A DNA stretch of 64,000 bases from a virus: positions 1 to 64,000 of the IMG/VR virus record IMGVR_UViG_3300048818_000143. The stretch is one strand, 5' to 3'. Positions 9,575 to 18,348 of the stretch are shown piece by piece. Positions within the stretch are counted from its first letter, which is position 1, and every line of letters begins with the position of its first letter. The translations under genes were made by a program, and so were the position numbers. The notes beneath the pieces are model-generated. The model was not told the origin of the DNA and did no database searches. It worked only from the letters and a program-made list of their open reading frames with translations.

Positions 9575-9598
9575 TAGCTTTATTTCATTTGCTGGCAT
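8924..9598 (-). CDS. LAGLIDADG-type homing endonuclease with C-terminal Cys-rich Zn-finger repeats
   Basis: Start at MPANEIKLHIPAC. It contains the LAGLIDADG-like motif WAAGFLEGEGTF and downstream LERLQRLFGGSI. The C-terminal half has repeated CKRGH...N...C..C / CGHARTPDN...CRTC elements typical of phage homing-endonuclease DNA-binding modules. Visibly lower GC than flanking genes. Confidence 0.6.
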   Translation of the reverse strand: MPANEIKLHIPACAFDLKELFWAAGFLEGEGTFGDWAKNLRCSAVQVQREPLERLQRLFGGSIGFKRSRNPRHQDQFCWTVSGHRAAGVMMTAYVLMSLRRKAQIRKGLTIWKQRTQLLGANRVRCKRGHLMTAENTITYKVFRKGRKNPEAFVRRCKPCMTARLGRPCRRRDGITFRCGHARTPDNIKLMKQKWRKPFETCRTCLSAAQNRYVEKLAKNAVQI

Positions 9599-9843
9599 AC
9601 GAACTCCGCAATGCTCCGCGGCGTCGGACTGTTCCCGTAGATCGAATTGAACAGAAGCCTTCCCCAAATCTCCTCTTCGGCCGGCACACCGTACTTTTCT
9701 TCGATCGCTATGATGATCCCCGCGAAGTCCACCGAGTCCATCATCAGGTCTTCGAAGACCTTGGCGTCTACTCCCGCTTTGCGGCCCGCGACCTCCGTGA
9801 TGAGGCCGGCCATCGCTTCTGGTGTCGGTTTATTCAAAGGCAT
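9580..9843 (-). CDS. acyl/peptidyl carrier protein-like (ACP / DltC-like, 87 aa)
   Basis: Start at MPLNKPT. The core FEDLMMDSVDFAGIIIAIEEKYGVPAEEE aligns with the ACP helix II region (E. coli AcpP: [30 protein letters not shown]), including the Ser that carries phosphopantetheine. The tail (..W....TP.SIAEFV) is reminiscent of DltC. Confidence 0.6.
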   Translation of the reverse strand: MPLNKPTPEAMAGLITEVAGRKAGVDAKVFEDLMMDSVDFAGIIIAIEEKYGVPAEEEIWGRLLFNSIYGNSPTPRSIAEFVCQQMK

Positions 9844-10168
9844 CTTTGATCGCTTTAGTGAGAAGCCCTGGGTACTTTTCAAGTAAGAAGCGTTCGAACT
9901 TGGCTTGCGCGTCGATCACTTCCTGCATCTTCTCAATCAGTTTCTTGGTCTGGTCCGTCGCTACGATCACCCTGCCTGTGTTCGCGAGAATCGCCTGCTT
10001 TCCGTCCTTGAGCGCATCAACCAAAGAGGGCATTGCCGCCACAAGGGCGCTCGCTGAGCGACGTTCTTCCTCCGGGTTGAGTCCTAAGCAGTTCTGACCC
10101 GGCGGGAGCCCTACGGGCTCGTGCTGCTCGGAGATGTCAACTGCTCCGTTTCCTGTGTGCGTAACCAA
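9830..10168 (-). CDS. hypothetical protein (112 aa)
   Basis: ORF in the operon with normal amino-acid composition and a helical C-terminal half. No motif recognised. Confidence 0.5.
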   Translation of the reverse strand: MVTHTGNGAVDISEQHEPVGLPPGQNCLGLNPEEERRSASALVAAMPSLVDALKDGKQAILANTGRVIVATDQTKKLIEKMQEVIDAQAKFERFLLEKYPGLLTKAIKDAFE

Positions 10169-10611
10169 AGGGCCTCCGAATAATACTTGGGGTCGTCTAC
10201 TTCGATGCGGTAGAAAATCCCCGGGTGCTTACTGAATACTTGGAGCGAGTTGTTAAATCGCCCCTTGAGTCTCCCGTTGCAAAACATCTGAATCGGATCG
10301 GGCGCGTTCCACGTCACAGTCGCCACATCCGCACCGTCGGGCTTGATAGTCGCCTTGTCGAGCGTGAGTTTGAGCGCCGTCTTCGCTTTGATGCGCTTTC
10401 CATCTTCGACGTAGTGCTGATGGCCGGCCTGGCGTTCGATCTTCGCGTATAGCTGTTCGTCCGGGATAGATTCGTTCTGCGGTCCTTTGCGCATCAGGAA
10501 AAGCCGCGCGTCTCCCGCCTTCTCGGGATGCGTGTCCAGCACGGAGTCATCCATCGCGTTGACGGTTCGGATCCGCCCCTCTTTGTCATAGGAGACCCAA
10601 TAGCGTTTCAT
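10111..10611 (-). CDS. hypothetical protein (166 aa)
   Basis: Start at MKRYWVSYDKEG, immediately after the stop of the upstream fibre-like gene (10608-10610). No motif recognised. Confidence 0.55.
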   Translation of the reverse strand: MKRYWVSYDKEGRIRTVNAMDDSVLDTHPEKAGDARLFLMRKGPQNESIPDEQLYAKIERQAGHQHYVEDGKRIKAKTALKLTLDKATIKPDGADVATVTWNAPDPIQMFCNGRLKGRFNNSLQVFSKHPGIFYRIEVDDPKYYSEALWLRTQETEQLTSPSSTSP

Positions 10612-11900
10612 CTTAAGAACTCCGACACCCATAGTTTGATGGTATTTATCGTCACCGCAAAAGTTCCGTTGGACGATCCGTTGTGGACCTTGATCTGCAA
10701 ACTAAACGTGTTCACCCCCGCCGCTCCAGGCGTAAAAACCGACCCGATGTAAAGGCCACCAAATGCGAACCCCGAAACCGTCGCGATTTGATTGATATTT
10801 GGATTCGGCCCCACCAAGATATTCGCGCTCTGATCTACTATCTGAAAATCGAACTCATCCAGTTGAGCCATCTTCGCGACGACACCGTTTAGCGTGGAAA
10901 ATATCTGGCAAAGATCGGCGGGATTTACGACCGTCAGACTTACCGACAGAATCGTTACCCAGGTGTCGTAACTGCTAGAGCCTCCCGCCCCTATAGTGAC
11001 GGGAACCCCCAGCGACGCCTTGGCCCAATTCGTGATCGCGTTCGCAGCGATCATCGCCGTCGTAATGGAGCCGTTGGGAATTTCCAACTCGAAGACCGTC
11101 TGCAGGTCAAAGCTCGTACCGTCGTAGAGAAAGACCCCGATCGCGCCCGCGGGAATCGTCGCTGGCGTAGCCGGCGGCCCCACCACCGCTCCCGCAGTAG
11201 GAGTCAGCACACCGCCCAACCAGAACTCGACCGGGACCGCGCCTATCCCATTGAGATTGATGGTGTCGCCGCCCTGGCTCGCCTGTGTCCATAGGAAGGC
11301 GTAGAGCTTGCCCTTGACGTAAGCCGTGATCGCCGGCGTCAGCGCTCCGGTGAAAGCCGTTCCGGCACCGCCGTTCGTGATCGTGGTGAAGGTCGGAGCG
11401 TTGCTCTGCGTCTCGACGTTGCCCGGGAGCGCTGCCGCTAGAATTCCGAATTGGACTTCCGATAGACCCGCATCGAGCGCGCCAACATCCATCAAGCAAA
11501 CCACTAGCGTATCGGCGCCGGCGAAAGTCGCGCTCGTGATCGTTCCGTAAACCGTCCCCGCAGTGACCGTCGCCTTGATGCGTCGACCGACTACCGCGAT
11601 CGCGGGATAGTTCGCGCCCGGGTCTACCCAATCGCCGGTGAGAGTGAAGCTGTTCGGGCTCGCATAGACTGGCGGCGCGGGATTCGGCGACTGAGGAGTG
11701 TTGAGATTTAGCCAGCGCTCCCATCCCTTGTTAACGCCCTCTTCCCTGAAAGTCGCGCGCCACACTCTTTGATTCGCCGCGAGGTCCTCCGGCGAACCCT
11801 GATTCATGTAGTCGGTTCCGGTTATGGGGCGATTGCTGTCCGCTCCGAACAGATCGTTCTGCCATTCTGTGATAATCGGATCAGCTACAGGATTCGGCAT
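10608..11900 (-). CDS. tail fibre-like structural protein (430 aa)
   Basis: Start at MPNPVADPIITEWQNDLF, directly after the stop of the 1512-aa gene. Gly/Thr/Ala-rich beta-type sequence in a position typical of fibres. Call rests on context only. Confidence 0.5.
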   Translation of the reverse strand: MPNPVADPIITEWQNDLFGADSNRPITGTDYMNQGSPEDLAANQRVWRATFREEGVNKGWERWLNLNTPQSPNPAPPVYASPNSFTLTGDWVDPGANYPAIAVVGRRIKATVTAGTVYGTITSATFAGADTLVVCLMDVGALDAGLSEVQFGILAAALPGNVETQSNAPTFTTITNGGAGTAFTGALTPAITAYVKGKLYAFLWTQASQGGDTINLNGIGAVPVEFWLGGVLTPTAGAVVGPPATPATIPAGAIGVFLYDGTSFDLQTVFELEIPNGSITTAMIAANAITNWAKASLGVPVTIGAGGSSSYDTWVTILSVSLTVVNPADLCQIFSTLNGVVAKMAQLDEFDFQIVDQSANILVGPNPNINQIATVSGFAFGGLYIGSVFTPGAAGVNTFSLQIKVHNGSSNGTFAVTINTIKLWVSEFLR

Positions 11901-11901
11901 C

Positions 11902-14900
11902 TTAGGTCGCTCCCGCCGCTTCGCGCTCTTCTTTCTTCTTGCCGAGCAAAATATCACGCAGCATCGGCCCTAATGTCAGTTTGTCCTCGGGACGCATATT
12001 GGGCCAAGGGGAAGGACCATCCTTGGGATTTAAGCGCTCCAATAAAACTTTGCGCGCGGTTTTCATGTCGCCTTCGTCTTCATGTGACTCAGCCATCTTA
12101 TACGCCTTGGCTACTTCTACCAAAGGAATCCGGTGAAGCGCCGCTTCGAGCGGTGGCAATTTGGACTGCTTCCACTCATTCGCTATGTCGTTAGGTGTCA
12201 GACCTTTGGCGAGCGCGGCCTTCATATCGGGCATCGCCTTGCTCTGACCACTGCGCACTTGGCGCATCTGCTGCCGGATCTGCATCATCGTTTGCTGGCG
12301 CTGTAGCGCTTGGGGACTTTGCGGCTGAGTTCGGATTTGCTGGTCCTCAAGCTGGTCTACGTAATTCTGCATCGGCGTCTGTCTAAGAGTCCTCGGTGCC
12401 GGCGTCAGCCCCATGACACCCACGGCCGTCTGTTTCAGCGCGCCACCGATTCCGCCTGAGCCTCCAGCTTGTTGCTGCTGCTCTTGGATATTCTTGATGG
12501 CGAACGGCACGCCGCCCACATCGGCTAGGTGCTTCAGTATCTTCGTGGCCTGAGTCGCTTTCGTATCCGCGTGCTGAAAATAGATCGGCTTGCCGAAGTA
12601 ATCGGCGTTGCGCAAAATCTCGTAACCCGCTACCAGCGGCCAATTAAGTTTAGAGGCCGCCACTTCCATCAGCGCGCGCCCCGGTCCTAGCACGTCATTG
12701 GGATCCTGCTTGCGTTCTTTGCCTACGAACGAAAGAATATCGCGCGCCAGATATTCCGGGGGACTGACCCTGATGTAATTGCCCTTCGAATCTTTCTGGC
12801 CTGTCGGCCACGTATAAATCTCGGGAATGCTCTTGGGCCATTCTCCTGTGACTAACTTGTTGATAATTGCGCCCTGAAGTCCCGCGCGCAGAATCTTTCC
12901 GCTCGCGTACTGAAGTGCCAATCTCGATTGCATGTCAAGCGCTTGGCCGGTCGCGAGTTGATAGCCACCTCGCCCTATGCCCCCGAACAATCGCAACGTC
13001 CCGATGTTCCAGCCCGGATAAGCGATGATATTTCCGAGAATGTCCTTGAATTTATTCGTGGTGTGCAGGTTGTCGCGCGCGATCTGGCCCATGACGTTAT
13101 CGAGATGCTTGCGCGCCGCTTGCGCCACTCCCCTGCGTTGAACGTAGGTCAGTTCCTCGCCGCCATTCTTCTCTATCGCGGCGCCGAGCTCCCGATTGTA
13201 GACTCGTTCGAACGCGCCAAGCTTCATGGGAGTAACGATCTTTCGCATCGTCGCTCCGAGCACGTTCTTCATGATCTTACCCGGGAGCCCCATCTTCTCG
13301 CCGAATGCGTCAGTGAGGCTCTGGGTCAAGATCGAATCGCCGAAGTCGAACGACCCTCCACCCATGATGGCGTCTTTGACTACGGGGTCGCCGAACAATC
13401 CCTTTTGTCCCGCCTGCTCGATCTCTCTGCCGCGATTCCAGATTTTGTAACCTTCGGGAACCGTCAGCCAGGTCCTGGGCAATCGACTGAGCGCGCCGGC
13501 CGCGCCCTTGATATCTCCCTCCGCAAGTCGACCGAGACCTTCAGCCATCGCGCCGCCGCCTTCGATATCGGCCAGCGAGTTCGCTTCGAGCATGATGTGG
13601 AAAGTCGAAAGCTCCTGCCGCAGCGCATTGCCCATGGCTCCGATGCTTCGAAAGAGTCCCTGCTTGAATCCCGGTGCCGTGTAATTGTTGATGATGCGCG
13701 ACGCTTCTTCCGGCGCCACATACGCACCTCGGGGAATATGGCCCTTGTACTCGGGCGCGTACTGTCGGACCTGCGCGATTCGATCGTCGATCGGCGCGTA
13801 GCCTTTGGGCATCTGCTCGCCTTCTTTCAGAAACCGCGTCAGCCCAGCCTCCTGCAGGCCCCGGAAAATCTTCTGGCCCGTCACGTAACGCCACTGGTTC
13901 TGCAGACCAGCAAGTATCATGTCGGCCGGGTTGTCGTACCGCGGCGTCAATCCTTTCCCGATCGCATCCGAGATCGAAGAGTAATAGCGCTGCTTCGTGA
14001 AGCCCGTCGATCCTTGGAGCGATTTGCCGGTCGCCTGCTGCATCTCGCTGAATACTTTCTGGACTTTCTCCGGGTCGTCGGCGTAGAGATGCGGCAGGTA
14101 ATTCTCGATGTAGCCTTGCTCGCCGTTTCGAAGCTTGGCGATCTCTTCCCAGCTTTTCTCCAGTCCGTCGCGCGCAGCTTGGAGCGCCGGCCGAATCTCG
14201 GGCGGCAGCACGTCGTAATTTCCTTGCTCGAGCTGCGAATAGATATTCCAGCGCTGCGAGGGTTCGACGCCTTTCATGTAATCTTTAAAGGGTTCGAGCG
14301 CGAGGCGTGCGGATCCTACGCGCGCGCGCAACTCTGCCGCCTGCTCTTCCTGGATTGCACTCGCTCGTTCGGCGAACGGTCCCATCGTCTCGGGCGCGAA
14401 TACCTGCTTGAGCCAAGTCACCGGCCTCGACGCTTCGAGTTTGGTCGATACCGCGCGCGCCAGCGATTGGGCTTTCTGCGCCGCTTGGAGCGGCACGATA
14501 CCTCCCGACAGCGTAGTGCCCGGCTCTCCTCCGAAAAGGCCGCCTTGAGGCGTTTCCGGCTCAGCCTGCCCTATCTCTATGCCTGCCCGCGCCGCGTCGG
14601 TCTTAACCGCTTCAGGAAGTTTCGCCCGCGCCGTTTCATAAATCGAATTCTTTTCGTTGGGCTTTTCCGCGAGGTCGTACGCGAGCTGCTTCAAGACGTT
14701 ATTCGTCTCGGACCCGCTCTGATATACGAACCGCGGCATCAGATCGGCGAGCTGGCGCGCTTCCGTCGCTCGCTTCTGCATCTCGGGCGCGTCGATCTTC
14801 GTCTCGCCCGCGCTCTCCAACATCCCCTTGCCTTTGGCTGCCCGGCTCATTCCCCTCGCCGTATCGGTGAGCGTGTCGCGCACCTCGCCCAGAATCTTCA

Positions 14901-16440
14901 CCTGTTGCGGCAGCGTGGTCTTTTTTATCTCGAAGCCCTTGCCCCCGAACGATCCTTGACCCTCACCGCCGCTCACCACGTCCGAGCCGCGCTGCAGTCG
15001 AATCGTGTCCGCGAGTCCCTGCGCGCTGAGTTTCTTTTCTTGCCCGGCGAGTTGTTTGTAAACTTCGTCCTGGCCCGCTGGATCATCAGCCATCTCGCGG
15101 CCGAGAGTTACCCCCCACGATTCAGGCATCTGTCCGGTGTTGACCTGCTTCCAGAGAAACGGCGATAGCTGCGACATTCCAGCAGCGTCGGAAGTCTTTG
15201 CCTCACTCATCGAGATCCCGAGTCCTTCCATGTCGGAGCCCGACATGCCGGTATCGCGGATCAACTTCGCCATGTCGAGCGCGGTCCCGTGCTGGTCTTT
15301 CATGTTGACCAGTCCGGCGTAGGTGCGCGCCTCGGTCGCCGTTACGTTCGTCTGTCGCTTCTCGCCCGTAAGCGGATCTTCAAATTCAAGCGCGCCTGGA
15401 ATTTCTTCATTCGTCCCGTTGAGCACCTGAAAGCGCAGCGTTTCATTATCGGGAGCCAGTCGCTTGAAGGCTTCGAGCCTGTGATGCCCTTCTGCCACGA
15501 AATCGCCCTCGGGTGTGCTGTGCACAGTCACAACGCCGCGCGCGCCCGGATCCCATTTCTTGATTTTTTCGAGTTGCTTCGTCACGCCCTTGGCGTTGAC
15601 GTTCTGCTTGAACTGGTAGGTTTCGGGATCGACTTTGAGCAGGTCGGGATTTTCGCGAAGGTCTTTGGCTTTTAGATAGAAGACTTGCCCGTTGGGGTTC
15701 TCTGCTTGGGCGTTCAGTACGTCGCCCGTCGCCTTATCGATCTTGGGCGGCGGCGCTTCGGGAGGCTTGCTTTCAGGTGCGGGTTCGGTAGGCTTGGTTT
15801 CAGCCGTTCCTTCGTCCACTGGTCCGGATGGCGCGGCGGCTACGGGCTCCTCTTCAGCCGGTATGCCTGCTTCATCTTTTGCTGCCGCCGTCGCCTCCGG
15901 ACCAATCGCAGGTTCCGCACCCTCCGCACGATTGAAACCTTCCATCGCATAGGCGCGTTCGAGCCCGTGCGATGCTATTAGCGGAATCCCTATCCCTGCT
16001 GCAAACCGAAGTAGCGGATTTTCGGTGTAGCGCGATGCCATGTCGGCCGCGCCCTGACCGAGCATTCCATACCCGACGCGCGCCGCAGTCCCGAGGCCGG
16101 GGACGGGAAATGCCGCACCGCCGACCGCAGCGCCGGCCAATCTTGCGGGCTCTTCTCCGATCTTGGGCGTCAGTGCCGCGGTCGTCTTTTGCTGGAGATA
16201 CTCTGACGGCATCGACAAAACATTCTTGTCTGCCGTTTCTTTCTGGAATTGTTCTTCACCCGAACCGTACCGACGACCGGACGGGTCCATAAAGCCCGGC
16301 GTGAATTCCTGTGACGGCCCCGGCTTGGCGAGAATGTCCTGAAGCTTGTTGTCCCCGATCGGTTTGAGCGTATCCGGCGACAATTGCTGCAATCGCGTAA
16401 TAGGCGCGAGAGTGCTAGGGTCGAGCTGCTCAAGAGGCAT
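11902..16440 (-). CDS. large polyvalent (probably virion-packaged/ejected) protein with ParB-like nuclease domain
   Basis: 1512-aa uninterrupted ORF. The ParB/Srx-type motif VVTVHSTPEGDFVAEGHHRLEAFKRL lies at aa ~300-330 (nt ~15435-15680). It follows three low-complexity internal-protein-like genes. The antisense 746-aa ORF is Arg-rich noise. Confidence 0.7.
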   Translation of the reverse strand: MPLEQLDPSTLAPITRLQQLSPDTLKPIGDNKLQDILAKPGPSQEFTPGFMDPSGRRYGSGEEQFQKETADKNVLSMPSEYLQQKTTAALTPKIGEEPARLAGAAVGGAAFPVPGLGTAARVGYGMLGQGAADMASRYTENPLLRFAAGIGIPLIASHGLERAYAMEGFNRAEGAEPAIGPEATAAAKDEAGIPAEEEPVAAAPSGPVDEGTAETKPTEPAPESKPPEAPPPKIDKATGDVLNAQAENPNGQVFYLKAKDLRENPDLLKVDPETYQFKQNVNAKGVTKQLEKIKKWDPGARGVVTVHSTPEGDFVAEGHHRLEAFKRLAPDNETLRFQVLNGTNEEIPGALEFEDPLTGEKRQTNVTATEARTYAGLVNMKDQHGTALDMAKLIRDTGMSGSDMEGLGISMSEAKTSDAAGMSQLSPFLWKQVNTGQMPESWGVTLGREMADDPAGQDEVYKQLAGQEKKLSAQGLADTIRLQRGSDVVSGGEGQGSFGGKGFEIKKTTLPQQVKILGEVRDTLTDTARGMSRAAKGKGMLESAGETKIDAPEMQKRATEARQLADLMPRFVYQSGSETNNVLKQLAYDLAEKPNEKNSIYETARAKLPEAVKTDAARAGIEIGQAEPETPQGGLFGGEPGTTLSGGIVPLQAAQKAQSLARAVSTKLEASRPVTWLKQVFAPETMGPFAERASAIQEEQAAELRARVGSARLALEPFKDYMKGVEPSQRWNIYSQLEQGNYDVLPPEIRPALQAARDGLEKSWEEIAKLRNGEQGYIENYLPHLYADDPEKVQKVFSEMQQATGKSLQGSTGFTKQRYYSSISDAIGKGLTPRYDNPADMILAGLQNQWRYVTGQKIFRGLQEAGLTRFLKEGEQMPKGYAPIDDRIAQVRQYAPEYKGHIPRGAYVAPEEASRIINNYTAPGFKQGLFRSIGAMGNALRQELSTFHIMLEANSLADIEGGGAMAEGLGRLAEGDIKGAAGALSRLPRTWLTVPEGYKIWNRGREIEQAGQKGLFGDPVVKDAIMGGGSFDFGDSILTQSLTDAFGEKMGLPGKIMKNVLGATMRKIVTPMKLGAFERVYNRELGAAIEKNGGEELTYVQRRGVAQAARKHLDNVMGQIARDNLHTTNKFKDILGNIIAYPGWNIGTLRLFGGIGRGGYQLATGQALDMQSRLALQYASGKILRAGLQGAIINKLVTGEWPKSIPEIYTWPTGQKDSKGNYIRVSPPEYLARDILSFVGKERKQDPNDVLGPGRALMEVAASKLNWPLVAGYEILRNADYFGKPIYFQHADTKATQATKILKHLADVGGVPFAIKNIQEQQQQAGGSGGIGGALKQTAVGVMGLTPAPRTLRQTPMQNYVDQLEDQQIRTQPQSPQALQRQQTMMQIRQQMRQVRSGQSKAMPDMKAALAKGLTPNDIANEWKQSKLPPLEAALHRIPLVEVAKAYKMAESHEDEGDMKTARKVLLERLNPKDGPSPWPNMRPEDKLTLGPMLRDILLGKKKEEREAAGAT

Positions 16441-16487
16441 TTAGATGAACCCCTTAATAGCCGCGCTCTTGCTCTCCAGCACGCTCA

Positions 16488-17627
16488 TCATCCCCACACA
16501 GTTCCATCAGGCGCAACGTAAATCGCCTTACCCGCCTTCTTGGATTTCGATTCGTCGAATTTCGCCAGACCGTGGGGAGTGCTCTCTTCCTTCGGGGGAG
16601 TCTTTCCCTTGCTATCGCTTGGACCCGGTGACGCTGCAGCCGGTTTATCGGCAGGCTTCGGAGCCGCAGGTGCCGGAGTAGCGTCGAGTTCTTTGTATCC
16701 CGCGTTCTTGAGCGCATCCTGTCCGGGTTCACCCTTCGACCATTCCTCAAAAGATGGTGGCCCCTTCCACGCGGCAGGCTCATCGGGGTGCATCATCTTG
16801 ATCAGTGGGAGATTCTTCGCCCAACTCTCATTGACTTCTTTGAAATTGGCCTCATAGGTCTTGCGCGCGCTGTCCATCGCTTTGTCGTTGACCGCCGCCT
16901 GACCGCCCGCCGGAGGCGCTGGTGCCGGTGCCGTCGCCTTCGTCGCGCGCGCTTCTGCGCCTCGCGCTTCCGTCACAGCGATCTGTGGCGCTGCTTTCAA
17001 ATCCATCGCCGCCTGCTTTCCAGCCGCGACCCTCGACATTCCCGCGCCTACGTAAGCATCAACCTGCTTTTGAAAGTCCGTCTCTTTTCCCGCCGCATGA
17101 GCTTCGGCAGCTTTAGCCGCAATATCGTGCAGCATCGCGGGATCGGACTTGGCGATTTCTTTGAACGCCCCCATGTCGCTCTCTTGTACGCCCGTATATC
17201 TGAGCGCCGCCAGCGATGCGGGAACGGCCTTAACCGCCAGATCGCGTTCGAGATACGATTTCGGATCGGCGAAGTAGCGAGCCTGGTCGGTCGGGTCTTT
17301 GATATTCAGTCCGTAAGCGCGTTTCGCCTCTTCGTTCGATAAAACGATGCCGTTCATTTTCTGCTGCTGCTGAAGTCCCTGAACCTGCGCGCTGAGCTCG
17401 TCCATCTTGAGCGGTTGCTGCTGCTGCTCCATGTTGAGCCGCTGCTGCTGCTGCGCGGTCTGCATACCGCCCGCCAAGCCCTCTCCCGCGCCCATGAGGC
17501 CACGTCCGACCGCACCCCGACTCCCTGCCAGCTTCGGACTCGACAAGGCCGCCCCTGCCCCCCCTAACAGCGCGGGCAGCAATGCCTCAACAGCCGGGCT
17601 ATTCAGGATGTCCATTAGGCCGGGCAT
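16488..17627 (-). CDS. low-complexity Ala/Gly/Gln/Pro-rich protein, internal virion protein-like (379 aa)
   Basis: ORF adjacent to two other low-complexity ORFs and upstream of the polyvalent protein. Contains QQQQ tracts and an AP-rich C-terminus. Confidence 0.55.
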   Translation of the reverse strand: MPGLMDILNSPAVEALLPALLGGAGAALSSPKLAGSRGAVGRGLMGAGEGLAGGMQTAQQQQRLNMEQQQQPLKMDELSAQVQGLQQQQKMNGIVLSNEEAKRAYGLNIKDPTDQARYFADPKSYLERDLAVKAVPASLAALRYTGVQESDMGAFKEIAKSDPAMLHDIAAKAAEAHAAGKETDFQKQVDAYVGAGMSRVAAGKQAAMDLKAAPQIAVTEARGAEARATKATAPAPAPPAGGQAAVNDKAMDSARKTYEANFKEVNESWAKNLPLIKMMHPDEPAAWKGPPSFEEWSKGEPGQDALKNAGYKELDATPAPAAPKPADKPAAASPGPSDSKGKTPPKEESTPHGLAKFDESKSKKAGKAIYVAPDGTVWG

Positions 17628-17628
17628 A

Positions 17629-18300
17629 TCACGCCGCCATCTTCAGATTTCGAATCATGCTCGCGTAACTCGCCAAGGTCGCAGCCGGATTAGCTTCCGC
17701 TCCCGCCTTCGGTCCTACTGGCTGCACCGGAACTATCGTCGGTGCTCTTTGTCCCGCCTGTGCCGGCGGCGCGGCCCCCGGCTTATTCATTGCCGAATTT
17801 GCAAAGCCTCCAGCCTGATTCAAGAGCGTATTTCCTAGCGGCGAGTTCATCATGCTCATGATGCCACTGCCGCCACTCGAAGCCGTGCCCGCCGCCGGCG
17901 AGGCCATTCCTATACTGCTTGCGTCAGTCGCAGCGGGAAGGGCAGCCGTGCCGGAACCCACCGCGCCCGTGTCGCCGGCCATAAAACCGCTACCACCCAA
18001 GGTGCTACCGCCCGCGAAGATGCCGCCGATAGCATTCATGATGCTGCCGATCTTATTTGCCGAACTCGGATTTATTCCCGCGGCTCCTTCGGGATTTATT
18101 CCCAAAGATCCTGTCGTTCCCAATGATTGCCCCGGGAACAATCCGCCGCCGCTACCACCCGGATCCATGAACGCACCCGGTCCGGTATTGTTCCCGAACG
18201 CCCCCGAGATATTCGCGGGATCGAATAAAGCGCCGCCGATTCCCTTTCCAACATTGCCGCCAGGAATCAACGAGCCTATCGTTTGTCCGATGCCACCCAC
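17629..18300 (-). CDS. Gly/Ser/Ala-rich low-complexity protein, internal virion protein-like (223 aa)
   Basis: ORF 1 nt downstream of... actually abutting the neighbouring gene (its stop at 17629 follows the start of the next gene at 17627). Extremely Gly-rich. The + strand alternative (17852-18322) is Pro-rich antisense. Confidence 0.5.
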   Translation of the reverse strand: MGGIGQTIGSLIPGGNVGKGIGGALFDPANISGAFGNNTGPGAFMDPGGSGGGLFPGQSLGTTGSLGINPEGAAGINPSSANKIGSIMNAIGGIFAGGSTLGGSGFMAGDTGAVGSGTAALPAATDASSIGMASPAAGTASSGGSGIMSMMNSPLGNTLLNQAGGFANSAMNKPGAAPPAQAGQRAPTIVPVQPVGPKAGAEANPAATLASYASMIRNLKMAA

Positions 18301-18348
18301 TATCCCATCTCCACGAGATTGAGCATTTCGGCTATGTGTATCATAATC

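Noticed and set aside
12928-15168. 746-aa plus-strand ORF.
   Set aside because: It is entirely antisense to the 1512-aa gene. Its translation is Arg/Leu/Pro-rich with no motifs, the usual shadow ORF of a GC-rich gene.
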